Positions 10,234 to 19,373 of a DNA stretch of 64,000 nt are shown here, piece after piece (the first letter of the stretch is position 1; each line of letters begins with the position of its first letter). The translations under genes were made by a program, and so were the position numbers. The notes beneath the pieces are model-generated. The model did not search any database, was not told the origin of the DNA, and saw nothing but the letters and a program-made list of their open reading frames with translations. This stretch comes from an uncultured bacterium (GTDB lineage: Bacteria > Babelota > Babeliae > Babelales > Babelaceae). Location of the stretch: the NCBI GenBank assembly GCA_963848965.1, contig CAWKFG010000002.1, positions 8,022 through 72,021 of the forward strand, given 5' to 3'.

Positions 10234-10644
10234 ATGATGGCTGAAAGAACATTTGCAATAATTAAACCTGACGCAATCGATGCTCGTGTAAGCGGCATGA
10301 TTATTAATCTAATCGAACTTAATAAGTTTCATATTGTACGTATGCAAAAAGTGCATCTTACTAAAGCTCAAGCAGAACAATTCTATGACATTCATAGAGA
10401 ACGGCCATTCTTTGGTGAACTTGTAGAATATATGATTTCAGGTCCCGTTATTATTATGGCGCTTGAAAAAGAGAATGCTATTCAGCAGTGGCGTGATGTT
10501 ATGGGAGCAACAGACCCTAAAAAGGCAGCTCCCGCTACTATACGCTACATGTTTGGCACTTCTATTGGCAATAATGCAACTCATGGATCAGATAGCCCTG
10601 AGAATGCCAAAAAAGAGCTTAAATTCTTTTTTCCAGATTTATAA
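10234..10644 (+). CDS. ndk: Nucleoside diphosphate kinase
   Basis: ERTFAIIKPDA, HGSDS active site. Confidence 0.97.
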   Translation: MMAERTFAIIKPDAIDARVSGMIINLIELNKFHIVRMQKVHLTKAQAEQFYDIHRERPFFGELVEYMISGPVIIMALEKENAIQQWRDVMGATDPKKAAPATIRYMFGTSIGNNATHGSDSPENAKKELKFFFPDL

Positions 10645-10672
10645 AAGAGGGCGACATAAAGTCGCCCTCTTT
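10644..10672. terminator. Bidirectional intrinsic terminator
   Basis: aaagagggcgac-ataaa-gtcgccctcttt between convergent genes. Confidence 0.8.
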
Positions 10673-10687
10673 CACTAGTAAAAAGAT

Positions 10688-12052
10688 TTATCTCACCTTT
10701 CTTTCCGCTAGCATTTCTAGCGCTTGTCTTATATCTTGCTGTTGTAAGCTCGCTATTTTTGCCACTGCATAGAGAGGATAAGAATCTATTTTTTCAAAAC
10801 TAGAATAATTATGCGTAGAGAACCGTATTCCATAATAAGAGTTGGGATGAGTTTCAAGAAACAAATGAATACTTCTTAACGTCTTTCCAGAACCACTTTT
10901 TACTTCAATAGGAACAACAAGCTCTCTTTCTTGGATAAGATAATCTACTTCTGCCTGACTTGCTCGTTCTTTTCGATGCCAATAGTAAAGATGTTTTTTT
11001 CTCATAGGATCACTATAAGCAAGAAGCTCTTGACCGACAAATGCCTCAACAAGCGAACCTTTATTTACAAATTCTGTAATTGGATGTAAAAACCAGCCAG
11101 CAAGGTCTAATCCAAGCACCGCTTGACTAAGACCAACATCAAGAAACATTACCTTATAATCCTGCGGATCTATTTGTGCTCCTAGCGGAACTCCTTGAGC
11201 AGAAGAATAAAATATTTTAGTACTTACTCCAGCTGTAACGAGCAGATCAAGAGCTGGCGCAAGTTCACGTTTACGATAATCCCCTTCTATAAGACTATAC
11301 TTAAACTTTTTACCTAGTTGAAGTGGCATATGTTCAAAAAGCATTTCTACGTATTTAATTTGCAATCTTCTTGCATACTTACCAAAGTCTTGCCGATAAG
11401 CATCAAGAAGCCTATTATGAATTCTTGAACATCGAAGTATATCTTTTGTTTCTTTCCAACACTTTACTACTTGTGGCATACCTCCTAAAGCAAGATATTC
11501 TCCTATAAGAGTAAGGGCTTTCTTATGAATAAGCTCGCTCATTTCCTCATTTAGTTCATGAGCAAGAATTTCTTCTATTAATAGGTTTTCATCAAGCGCC
11601 GCAAGAAATTCTATAAATGATAGAGGATACATATAAAGTGACTGAACTCGACCAACAGGAATACCAACCTTTTCAATAGCAAAATCTAGTAATGATCCTG
11701 CTGCAATAACATGAAGTTCCGGTATCATTTCATAAAAATAACGTAAAGCAAGAAGAGCTTCAGGAACAACTTGTATCTCATCCAAAAATAAAAGAGTCTT
11801 ACCAGGGGTAATAGATTTTCCTGTAAACACTGAAATTTCTCGAAGAATTCTTTCTGGTTGTAGATCTTTTTTAAAGGTAGCATGAAGTTCTATCATAAGC
11901 TCTAGATTAACTTCTACAAAGTCAGAAAATGTACTACCTAAGGTGCGAGCCGCATGCGTTTTACCTACTTGTCGCGCTCCTCTTAAAAGAAGAGGGAGTC
12001 TATCTTTATCATTCTTCCAAGTACCTAGATAATAATCAATGATGCGCTTCAA
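10688..12052 (-). CDS. AAA_14 ATPase with DUF4143/PD-(D/E)xK-like C-terminus
   Basis: GARQVGKT, LFLDEIQ, AAGS, GGMP, EVDYL...PIEVKSG. Confidence 0.9.
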   Translation of the reverse strand: MKRIIDYYLGTWKNDKDRLPLLLRGARQVGKTHAARTLGSTFSDFVEVNLELMIELHATFKKDLQPERILREISVFTGKSITPGKTLLFLDEIQVVPEALLALRYFYEMIPELHVIAAGSLLDFAIEKVGIPVGRVQSLYMYPLSFIEFLAALDENLLIEEILAHELNEEMSELIHKKALTLIGEYLALGGMPQVVKCWKETKDILRCSRIHNRLLDAYRQDFGKYARRLQIKYVEMLFEHMPLQLGKKFKYSLIEGDYRKRELAPALDLLVTAGVSTKIFYSSAQGVPLGAQIDPQDYKVMFLDVGLSQAVLGLDLAGWFLHPITEFVNKGSLVEAFVGQELLAYSDPMRKKHLYYWHRKERASQAEVDYLIQERELVVPIEVKSGSGKTLRSIHLFLETHPNSYYGIRFSTHNYSSFEKIDSYPLYAVAKIASLQQQDIRQALEMLAERKVR

Positions 12053-12090
12053 TAGAGCTCCTTGTACAATACCTCACGATAACTAAGATA

Positions 12091-12175
12091 TTTTTGGTCG
12101 AAAATCAAATATAATTTTACAAATTTTTGGTTGAAAATCAAAGTAATTTTTAGATATTTTTGGTCGAAAATCAAA
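12091..12175. repeat. Three 19-bp direct repeats at exact 33-bp spacing upstream of the AAA ATPase
   Basis: tttttggtYgaaaatcaaa at 12091, 12124 and 12157. Confidence 0.9.
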
Positions 12176-12276
12176 CATATAGTTGCTTTTATGGATCTCA
12201 AAACAAAATACTGCAACAAAAAAAGAGAGGCGATCTCCTGCCGTAGCAGCCCCAAAACATTTGGGCATTCGACTAA

Positions 12277-12296
12277 AGGCGGCATAAGCCGCCTTA
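12277..12296 (-). terminator. Hairpin after nusB
   Basis: aaggcggc-ataa-gccgcctt. Confidence 0.55.
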
Positions 12297-12785
12297 TTCT
12301 ATTATCGTTTCTTGTCTACGCTTTAAAAACTCATCTAAGATACCGTTGACAAATTTATAGGCATCTTTTTCTGCAAAGCATTTAGCAAGTTCTACTGCTT
12401 CGTTAATAATTAAGATGCGGTCTGCTGGAGTATAGAGTATCTCCCAAAGAGCATTACGTAAAATAAGACGAGTTGCTGTTCCTAATCGTTCAAACCGCCA
12501 ATTATCAAGAAGAGGACGGTACATCTCATCAAGTTTAATGCGATCTTCAACAACTCCTGCTACTTGTCTATAAAGAGCACTGTTTCGATCGATAGTAATA
12601 CCAAAACCGCGTGTAAAATTGTCTACAATAGCCTCAAGAGAGCTATCATAATCAAATGAATCAGCAGCATATAAAAGATGAAATATTAAAGACCGTTGGT
12701 CACGGGGCGATAAGGAATCGCTTGAAAGAGTATCCTCGCGCTCATCTATGCCTCTCCATTCTTTCTGCTTTATCTCATCGTCCAT
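12294..12785 (-). CDS. nusB: Transcription antitermination factor NusB
   Basis: INEAVELAK...FVNGILD. Confidence 0.93.
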   Translation of the reverse strand: MDDEIKQKEWRGIDEREDTLSSDSLSPRDQRSLIFHLLYAADSFDYDSSLEAIVDNFTRGFGITIDRNSALYRQVAGVVEDRIKLDEMYRPLLDNWRFERLGTATRLILRNALWEILYTPADRILIINEAVELAKCFAEKDAYKFVNGILDEFLKRRQETIIE

Positions 12786-12801
12786 ATATCGTACCTACAT
12801 A

Positions 12802-13368
12802 TTATTTTTTCACACGTTCTATATATTTTGCTTCTCTGGTATCTACTTTAATAACATCACCTTCATTTACAAAAAGTGGAACTTGTATAACTAAGCCTGA
12901 TTCAAGCGTTGCAGGCTTTGTTCCTCCGCCTTGTGCAGTATCGCCACGTACACCAGGCGGCGTCTCTTTTACCTCAAGCTCCATAAAGAGTGGTGCATTT
13001 ACTGCTATAGGACGATCATTAAAGTATAAAACAGTATAGACTGTTTGTTCCTTTAAAAAATCAAGAACATCCGCAAGCTGTTCAGCAGTAAGCTCTACTT
13101 GATCATACGTTTCTTGCTCAATGAAGTTATAGATGCCATCTTGTCCATAGACATAAAGCATTTCTTTATATTCAAGATCTGGCGTTTCTAATTTTTCTTC
13201 TGCTCTGAATGTTTCTTCATGAACAAGACCGCTAATTAAATTTTTCATTTTTGTGCGCATGTAGGCACCGCCTTTTCCAGGCTTTACATGCTGGTATTCA
13301 AGCACTGTATAGGGCTCCCCCTTATACAGCAGTTTGGTACCACGACGTAAATCTCCAGCTAAAACCAC
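12802..13368 (-). CDS. efp: Elongation factor P
   Basis: HVKPGKGGA, PGVRGDT, KPATLESG, VPLF; GTG start. Confidence 0.97.
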   Translation of the reverse strand: MVLAGDLRRGTKLLYKGEPYTVLEYQHVKPGKGGAYMRTKMKNLISGLVHEETFRAEEKLETPDLEYKEMLYVYGQDGIYNFIEQETYDQVELTAEQLADVLDFLKEQTVYTVLYFNDRPIAVNAPLFMELEVKETPPGVRGDTAQGGGTKPATLESGLVIQVPLFVNEGDVIKVDTREAKYIERVKK

Positions 13369-13471
13369 AGTACATCCTTTGTAACAAAATAATACGTAAA
13401 TCGGTATTTTTAGTATAGAAAATACCCATAAAAAAGCAATAACCCCTAGAACACTCGTGTACTTATCTTAG

Positions 13472-14560
13472 CTATTGCACAACTTTATCTGTAGCCCAAC
13501 GTGCAGATAGTTCTACTAGTTGAGCTTTAAATTCACTATCAATGTCATCATACTGTGTTTGTCTCTCTTTTGTCTTTCTAAAGCTTTTTAAAAAGCTTTG
13601 TTGAACTGCTTTGATACGAGCATGCCAATATTCAAAATAAAGCTTTTTCATTGAATACTGCTTACTCGTAATCTCTTGGTATTTACGCTCAAGAAATTCT
13701 TGAGTTACCTGATTCCAATTACTAACAACAACAATAGGAAGATCTTTATAGAGTATATTAAGCTGTGATGATCGTACTATTGGTATAGATCCTACTAAAA
13801 GTGCTTCCCATGTTCTATAGCAATCAATTCCTGCTCCTCGAGGAGACAACGTAAACTTACAAGTAGCCATCTCAGCTAAGTAATCCATAGTAGGATGAGT
13901 TTCATCAAATTTACAACAAAATGGTTGCGCTTCAAATATGCACTGAACTGTTTTACGTTCTGCATGCGTATGCGCGGCAAAATTCATGGCAAGAAGATTA
14001 TTTTTAGGAACAGCACGAAGTTTCTCAAAATAAGCATCCATATCATCCCGTTTGTCATAAAACGCTTTTAAGCCAATAACTCCGATAGGGATAGGAACAA
14101 ATTTAGGATGATGGTATGTTCCTGGATGAATACCAAACCACGCAAGTACCTTTTTATCGTTTAAATAATGAGCATGTTCGTTTTTATAGGCATCATCAAC
14201 ATCGCCATGCGTAATAAGAATATAGGGACTCTTTATCTTTGAATGTGCATGTTCAAAGAACAATCCGGGTACTCGAGCAAAAATAATATCTCCTGGCTGC
14301 ACAGCAGAAGGATCGAAGTGAACAGGACAAAGCTTTTCTTGCAGCGTCGTAGCCTTACCATCAGGTTCAAAGTAATGTTGAGCACACTCTCGAAATGCCC
14401 AACGAATAATAAAAGTAGAAGAAGGAACACTACGCAAAAACTGTCCTACCTCTGCTTTATATTCGTTATTTCCATTGACACATTTAGCTGGCACAAAAAG
14501 CATGAGCTGCGCAAGAAAACTGTTTGTAAGAACTATCCATACTAGTGAAATTCTCTTCAT
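13472..14560 (-). CDS. Secreted exostosin/GT47-like glycosyltransferase
   Basis: Signal peptide; KFTLSPRGAGIDCYRTWEALLVGSIPIV. Confidence 0.75.
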   Translation of the reverse strand: MKRISLVWIVLTNSFLAQLMLFVPAKCVNGNNEYKAEVGQFLRSVPSSTFIIRWAFRECAQHYFEPDGKATTLQEKLCPVHFDPSAVQPGDIIFARVPGLFFEHAHSKIKSPYILITHGDVDDAYKNEHAHYLNDKKVLAWFGIHPGTYHHPKFVPIPIGVIGLKAFYDKRDDMDAYFEKLRAVPKNNLLAMNFAAHTHAERKTVQCIFEAQPFCCKFDETHPTMDYLAEMATCKFTLSPRGAGIDCYRTWEALLVGSIPIVRSSQLNILYKDLPIVVVSNWNQVTQEFLERKYQEITSKQYSMKKLYFEYWHARIKAVQQSFLKSFRKTKERQTQYDDIDSEFKAQLVELSARWATDKVVQ

Positions 14561-14590
14561 ATAACATCTCTCTTAGTTTTTCATAACTAT

Positions 14591-15553
14591 TTATTTAAGA
14601 AAGTTTTCACGTACTCTCTGAATCTGGTTATTCCAATACTCTATATAAAGCTTTTCTATGTTATATTTTTTTGAAGTAATTTCTTTATATTTTTGGTTAA
14701 GAAACGCTTCGTTCAGCTGTTCCCATTTATCTATAACTACTATTGGTAAATCTCTATAAAGTGTATTAAGTTGTGATGATTTCACAACAGGAACAGATCC
14801 TACTAAAAGAGCCTCCCAGGTTCTATAGCAATCAATACCAATACCTTTAGGAGAAAGCGTAAATTTGCATCGTGCCATTTCAGTCATATAATCAAGCCAC
14901 GGTTTTCTGTCACCTACTAAGCAAAATGGCTTACCAGCAAACATTTTTCTACAGAGCTGTCTATCTTTTCTATGAGGATCAACAAAATTTATGTATACAA
15001 GCTTATCTTTTTTTACTCCTTTCAAGTACGATAAAAATTTATGTGTTTCTTCTTGGTTTTTTCCATATGAATGACTGCGAGCTATAACTCCAAGAGGAAT
15101 AGGAAAAAACTTAGGATGTACAGTTACAGTAGGATGAATCCCAAACCATGCAATTATTTTATTACTAGTAAGATATGGTACATAACTATCTTTAAATGCA
15201 TCGTTTACATCTCCATGAGTGATAAGAATATAAGGATTTTTAATAGACGGATGTATTTTTTCTAAAAATTTACCCGGCGCTCGGGCAAACACAATATCTC
15301 CTGCTTTTACTTCCTTTGGCTCTACCGTTTGCTTTCCTACAACAAGCGATTCCTTTTCTGGATCAAACTGGAAATGCGCTATATCTCTAAACCCAAACTG
15401 AGAAATATAGCGATGAGAAGTTTCTGCATCTAAGAACGAAGGAATTTGTAAGGACTGTAATTGACATAGTTCAGGTATTTGAACAGTATCATCTTGAGCA
15501 TAGACTCCTCTACTAAGCGCTAAAGAAATCACTATACATAAGTTCTTTTTCAT
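14591..15553 (-). CDS. Secreted exostosin/GT47-like glycosyltransferase (paralog)
   Basis: Signal peptide; KFTLSPKGIGIDCYRTWEALLVGSVPVV. Confidence 0.75.
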   Translation of the reverse strand: MKKNLCIVISLALSRGVYAQDDTVQIPELCQLQSLQIPSFLDAETSHRYISQFGFRDIAHFQFDPEKESLVVGKQTVEPKEVKAGDIVFARAPGKFLEKIHPSIKNPYILITHGDVNDAFKDSYVPYLTSNKIIAWFGIHPTVTVHPKFFPIPLGVIARSHSYGKNQEETHKFLSYLKGVKKDKLVYINFVDPHRKDRQLCRKMFAGKPFCLVGDRKPWLDYMTEMARCKFTLSPKGIGIDCYRTWEALLVGSVPVVKSSQLNTLYRDLPIVVIDKWEQLNEAFLNQKYKEITSKKYNIEKLYIEYWNNQIQRVRENFLK

Positions 15554-15770
15554 ATGGCTCTCCCTTTTAAAACATTTTCCAAATTATCCCTAGGCTACCT
15601 TCTCTTTTTTTGAAAATCAACAGAAAAACCCAAAAGAGAGCGATATTTTCGTTAACATCTCTTTTTTATTATGTTATAATTAATAATAGAAAATGATTTA
15701 GAATTTCTTTTGTGCTCTTTTATGGTATACTAGAGCGCAAACGGTGTTAACCCTTCACATGAGTAGTCTT

Positions 15771-16988
15771 ATGAACATACTAAAAATTACTGATCCTGCT
15801 CTTGCCTCGCTTATTGAGCAAGAAGAAACTCGGCAAACTACGGGTATCAACCTTATAGCGTCAGAAAATTATACTCACCCTGCCGTTCTAGAGGTTACAG
15901 GTTCAGTACTCACCAATAAGTATGCTGAAGGTTATCCTGGTAAGCGGTACTATGGAGGGTGCGAATTTGTAGACAAAGTAGAGCTTCTTGCTATTGAACG
16001 CTGCAAAGAGCTCTTTGGTGCCGAGCATGTTAATGTTCAACCTCATGCAGGCTCTCAAGCAAATATGGCAGTATATACAGCTATACTGAAGCCAGGTGAT
16101 ACTATTATGGGAATGAGTCTCGCAGCTGGAGGACATCTTACTCATGGTCATACAGTTAACTTTTCGGGAACACTGTATAATACCATTCAATATAGTGTAG
16201 ATCCACAAACAGAACTCATAGACTATAAGGTAGTAGAGGAACTTGCTTTACATCATAAGCCAAAGCTTATTATAGCTGGGGCATCTGCTTATTCTCGCAT
16301 CATTGATTTTGAACGATTTGCAGCTATTGCTCACAAAGTAGGTGCCTATTTTATGGCAGATATAGCTCATATTGCCGGCCTTATAGCCGTAGGTTTACAT
16401 CCAAGCCCAGTTCCTTATGCAGACTTTGTAACAAGCACTACCCATAAAACACTTCGAGGCCCACGCGGTGGTTTTATTATGTGTAAAGCTGAGTTCAAAG
16501 ATGCTCTTGATAGAGCTATTATGCCAGGTACCCAAGGTGGTCCTGCTATGCATACTATTGCAGCTAAAGCAGTTGCTTTTCATCTTGCACAGCAACCTGA
16601 ATTTAAACAGTACCAACAACAGATTATTGCTAATGCACAAGCAATGGTAGAAACATTTAAAGAGCGTGGGTACCGTATAGTATCCGGTGGCACTGATAAC
16701 CATCTTTTTATTCTTGACTTGCGTTCAAAGCATATAACGGGTAAAGCGGCAGAGACGGCTCTTGAACAAGCGGGCGTGAGCGTAAGCCGCAGCGCTATTC
16801 CCAATGACCCTGAAAAGCCATGGATTACAAGCGGCATTCGTATTGGAACTCCTGCTATTACTACTCGTGGACTCAAAGAAAAAGAAGCTCAAACTATTGC
16901 TTCTTTTATTGATGAAGTGCTTACCTATCATACAGATACACAAAAACTTGCAAGTATCAAAAATCATGTAAGCACACTATTCACATAA
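15771..16988 (+). CDS. glyA: Serine hydroxymethyltransferase
   Basis: [35 protein letters not shown]. Confidence 0.97.
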   Translation: MNILKITDPALASLIEQEETRQTTGINLIASENYTHPAVLEVTGSVLTNKYAEGYPGKRYYGGCEFVDKVELLAIERCKELFGAEHVNVQPHAGSQANMAVYTAILKPGDTIMGMSLAAGGHLTHGHTVNFSGTLYNTIQYSVDPQTELIDYKVVEELALHHKPKLIIAGASAYSRIIDFERFAAIAHKVGAYFMADIAHIAGLIAVGLHPSPVPYADFVTSTTHKTLRGPRGGFIMCKAEFKDALDRAIMPGTQGGPAMHTIAAKAVAFHLAQQPEFKQYQQQIIANAQAMVETFKERGYRIVSGGTDNHLFILDLRSKHITGKAAETALEQAGVSVSRSAIPNDPEKPWITSGIRIGTPAITTRGLKEKEAQTIASFIDEVLTYHTDTQKLASIKNHVSTLFT

Positions 16989-16996
16989 AGGATATT

Positions 16997-17440
16997 ATGG
17001 TACCTGTATGGCACCTCTATGCACTTTTATCTGCAGCTTTTGCTGCATTAGTAGCAATCTTTGGGAAAAAAGGGTTTGGTGATCTTGGAACTCTTGATAG
17101 CACGCTAGCAACAACAGTACGGGCCGTTATTATGGCCCTCTTTTTACTTGTAGTTTCACTGTCACTTGGCAAGTTTAAGCTTTTGTCTACCATACAATCA
17201 CGAGCGCTTCTTTTTATTACACTTTCTGGTATTGCAGGAGCCCTTTCATGGTTATTTTACTTTCTTGCCATACAAATAGCTCCAGCAGATCAGGTACCTG
17301 CAGTTGCTGCTCTTGATAGACTGAGTGTCGTATTTGTTCTGGTATTTGCAGTTCTTTTCTTAGGTGATACACTTACGATATATTCAGCTCTGGGTGCAAC
17401 ACTGCTTACAATCGGCGCAATCTTAATGACGATAAAATAA
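16997..17440 (+). CDS. EamA-family transporter (single domain)
   Basis: ALLSAAFAALVAIFGK...SWLFYF.A...DRLSVV. Confidence 0.85.
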   Translation: MVPVWHLYALLSAAFAALVAIFGKKGFGDLGTLDSTLATTVRAVIMALFLLVVSLSLGKFKLLSTIQSRALLFITLSGIAGALSWLFYFLAIQIAPADQVPAVAALDRLSVVFVLVFAVLFLGDTLTIYSALGATLLTIGAILMTIK

Positions 17441-17441
17441 C

Positions 17442-17933
17442 ATGGAAAAGCTTTATGCGCCTTGGCGCGGTAACTATATAAATAACGGTACATCTGGCAA
17501 ATGCGTGTTCTGCTGTTGTGCTCAAAGTACGAATGACGAAGAAAATTTTATTTTAAAACGGTATCCAACCGGTATGGTTATGTTGAACCTTTACCCTTAC
17601 AATGCTGGTCATATACTTATTGTACCCTTTACCCATACAGCTCATATAACTACCTTAACTGCCAAAGAACGATTTGAGATGGTTGAAATGGCAAGTATAA
17701 GTTCTGCTATCTTAGAACAAACACTCAATTGTGAAGGCATAAACATAGGAGTTAATATAGCAAAGTCAGCTGGAGGAAGCATACCGGAGCATATTCATAT
17801 GCATGTAGTTCCTCGTTGGACAGGAGATACTAATTTCCTTGTCACAACTGCAGATACTAAGGTTGTTCCTTTTGATCTCTGCCACATCTATAAAAAGCTT
17901 CGTGCTGCCCTTCTTATTTCGAAGAATGTTTAA
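17442..17933 (+). CDS. HIT-family nucleotide hydrolase
   Basis: LYAPWR, NLYPYNAGH, HIHMHVVPRW. Confidence 0.92.
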   Translation: MEKLYAPWRGNYINNGTSGKCVFCCCAQSTNDEENFILKRYPTGMVMLNLYPYNAGHILIVPFTHTAHITTLTAKERFEMVEMASISSAILEQTLNCEGINIGVNIAKSAGGSIPEHIHMHVVPRWTGDTNFLVTTADTKVVPFDLCHIYKKLRAALLISKNV

Positions 17934-18759
17934 GTGCTTCTTCTAGTAACCTTACAACCTCTTGAGCATCTTTCTTATGCTCTTCGCTAAATGAAAGATC
18001 TGCTCGTTCTCGAGCATAACTTAAAGCTGTTCTTCCTTCTTTATTTACAATACGAGGATCTGCTCCCTGCGCTAGTAAAAACTGTACCAAATGAAGATCA
18101 GCATTCCATGAAGCAGTCATGAGGGCAGTACTTCCTTGTTCGTTTTGTGTATTAACATCTGCCCCAGCTTGTAACAAAAGATCAACTTTTTCTTTATCTG
18201 AAACCCTTAAATGAGGGGAAGTTACAGGAAGATTAAGCTCAGCCACAAGTTGACCCGCCACCGCCTTACTTTCTGGGTTGCTTTTTATGAGCTCTGTAAG
18301 CCATTTACGAGCAGAGTCTGTTGTTCCTCCTAACAGAGCCATGGTGAGAAGCATTCTGTCTTTCAGCGTATCAAGCAAATTTTTAAAATAACTTCTTTGT
18401 CGTAATTCATTAATTACCATATCGGTAAAAATAGAAGCCACATGAGGCCGCTCTTTAAATTCTTTATCTAAAATAGGCTTCAAGTGACCATGTAAAAATT
18501 TTTCAAAGATTGATTCACCGGCAAATGATGTTGGAGCTACATTGATATTCTTGAGTCGTTCCGCTTCTTGTTTTAAAAGAGTATTTGCTACTTCTTGCGC
18601 TCGAGGAAAAAGACCAAACTTTTCAATCTCTGCAATCAGTTCAGCAGGTAACTGTGCTAAAAAGGTATCTTGAAGAGCTTTTTTTAAAGCTGACTCCATA
18701 GCCCCTAGGAAAGCAGGGTATGCAAGCATTAGTATAATTGTAAAAATTTTTTTATACAT
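17914..18759 (-). CDS. Secreted ankyrin-repeat protein with N-terminal F-box-like motif
   Basis: Signal peptide then AME; LAQLPAELIAEI; GADVNTQNEQGSTALMTA. Confidence 0.85.
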   Translation of the reverse strand: MYKKIFTIILMLAYPAFLGAMESALKKALQDTFLAQLPAELIAEIEKFGLFPRAQEVANTLLKQEAERLKNINVAPTSFAGESIFEKFLHGHLKPILDKEFKERPHVASIFTDMVINELRQRSYFKNLLDTLKDRMLLTMALLGGTTDSARKWLTELIKSNPESKAVAGQLVAELNLPVTSPHLRVSDKEKVDLLLQAGADVNTQNEQGSTALMTASWNADLHLVQFLLAQGADPRIVNKEGRTALSYARERADLSFSEEHKKDAQEVVRLLEEALKHSSK

Positions 18760-18904
18760 TATATAACCCTCTTTTCTTTAATGATTATTTCTATTATAGT
18801 AAAATAATACAGAGAAAATCAAGATAATAGAGATACGTTACGATGCTTAAAAAGAGATCTGAGTGCAAGCACCGAACAATCTGAGCAACAATACTCTCCC
18901 TTTG

Positions 18905-19170
18905 TTAAAAAATATCTGAATGTGTACCTAATCTTGCAAAATAGATATGCGTTTTGGTTTTTTTATAAATTAGTAGCATGTCGTTTTTGACGTGGCAGTC
19001 TCGATAATCAATATAGTTCCCTTTAAATTTATGATCGCGATATTTTGCGGGTAAAGGCTTTCCTGATAGAAGAAGCAATGTTACAGTTTCTAGCTCTTGA
19101 AGATCATGGCCACGTTTTTTATAAGCTCTACGTCTTTTTTAAAACGTCGATCATAAACAGGGATTAGCAT
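18905..19170 (-). pseudogene. yafQ: YafQ-family toxin interrupted by a -1 frameshift in an A tract
   Basis: MLIPVYDRRFKKDVELIK/shift/RGHDLQEL...LPAKYRDHKFKG...RDCHVKND.LLIY...RLGTHSDIF*; span is 266 nt, not a multiple of 3. Confidence 0.85.
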
Positions 19171-19172
19171 AG

Positions 19173-19280
19173 TTATTTAAGACCAATTTTTTTAAAGAAA
19201 TCGTCAGCATCCTTACATGTAATTAAATTTTTTCCTCTTTCTATATTATCTATAGCTTTTAACGTTATTTCATGAGGTAG
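19173..19280 (-). pseudogene. C-terminal remnant of RelB/DinJ-type antitoxin
   Basis: LPHEITLKAIDNIERGKNLITCKDADDFFKKIGLK* directly upstream of yafQ; 5' part replaced by the HIT fragment. Confidence 0.7.
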
Positions 19281-19373
19281 TATACCAGAACACATTCATA
19301 TGCATGTAGTACCTCACTGGACAGGAGATACTAATTTCCTTGTTACAACTGCAGATACTAAGGTTATTCCTTT
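19274..19373 (+). repeat. Diverged ~100-bp duplicate of a 3' segment of the HIT gene (17773-17872)
   Basis: gaggtagtataccagaacacattcatatgcatgtagt...gatactaaggtt aligns ungapped with an offset of 1501. Confidence 0.9.

Noticed and set aside
12091..12175. Mini-CRISPR array
   Set aside because: 19-bp repeats with 14-bp spacers are too short and no cas genes are present; ORFs 12049, 12083 and 12131 are artefacts of the repeat.
18843..18900. Second yafQ tail (LHSDLF on the minus strand)
   Set aside because: Only a few residues match; chance cannot be excluded.
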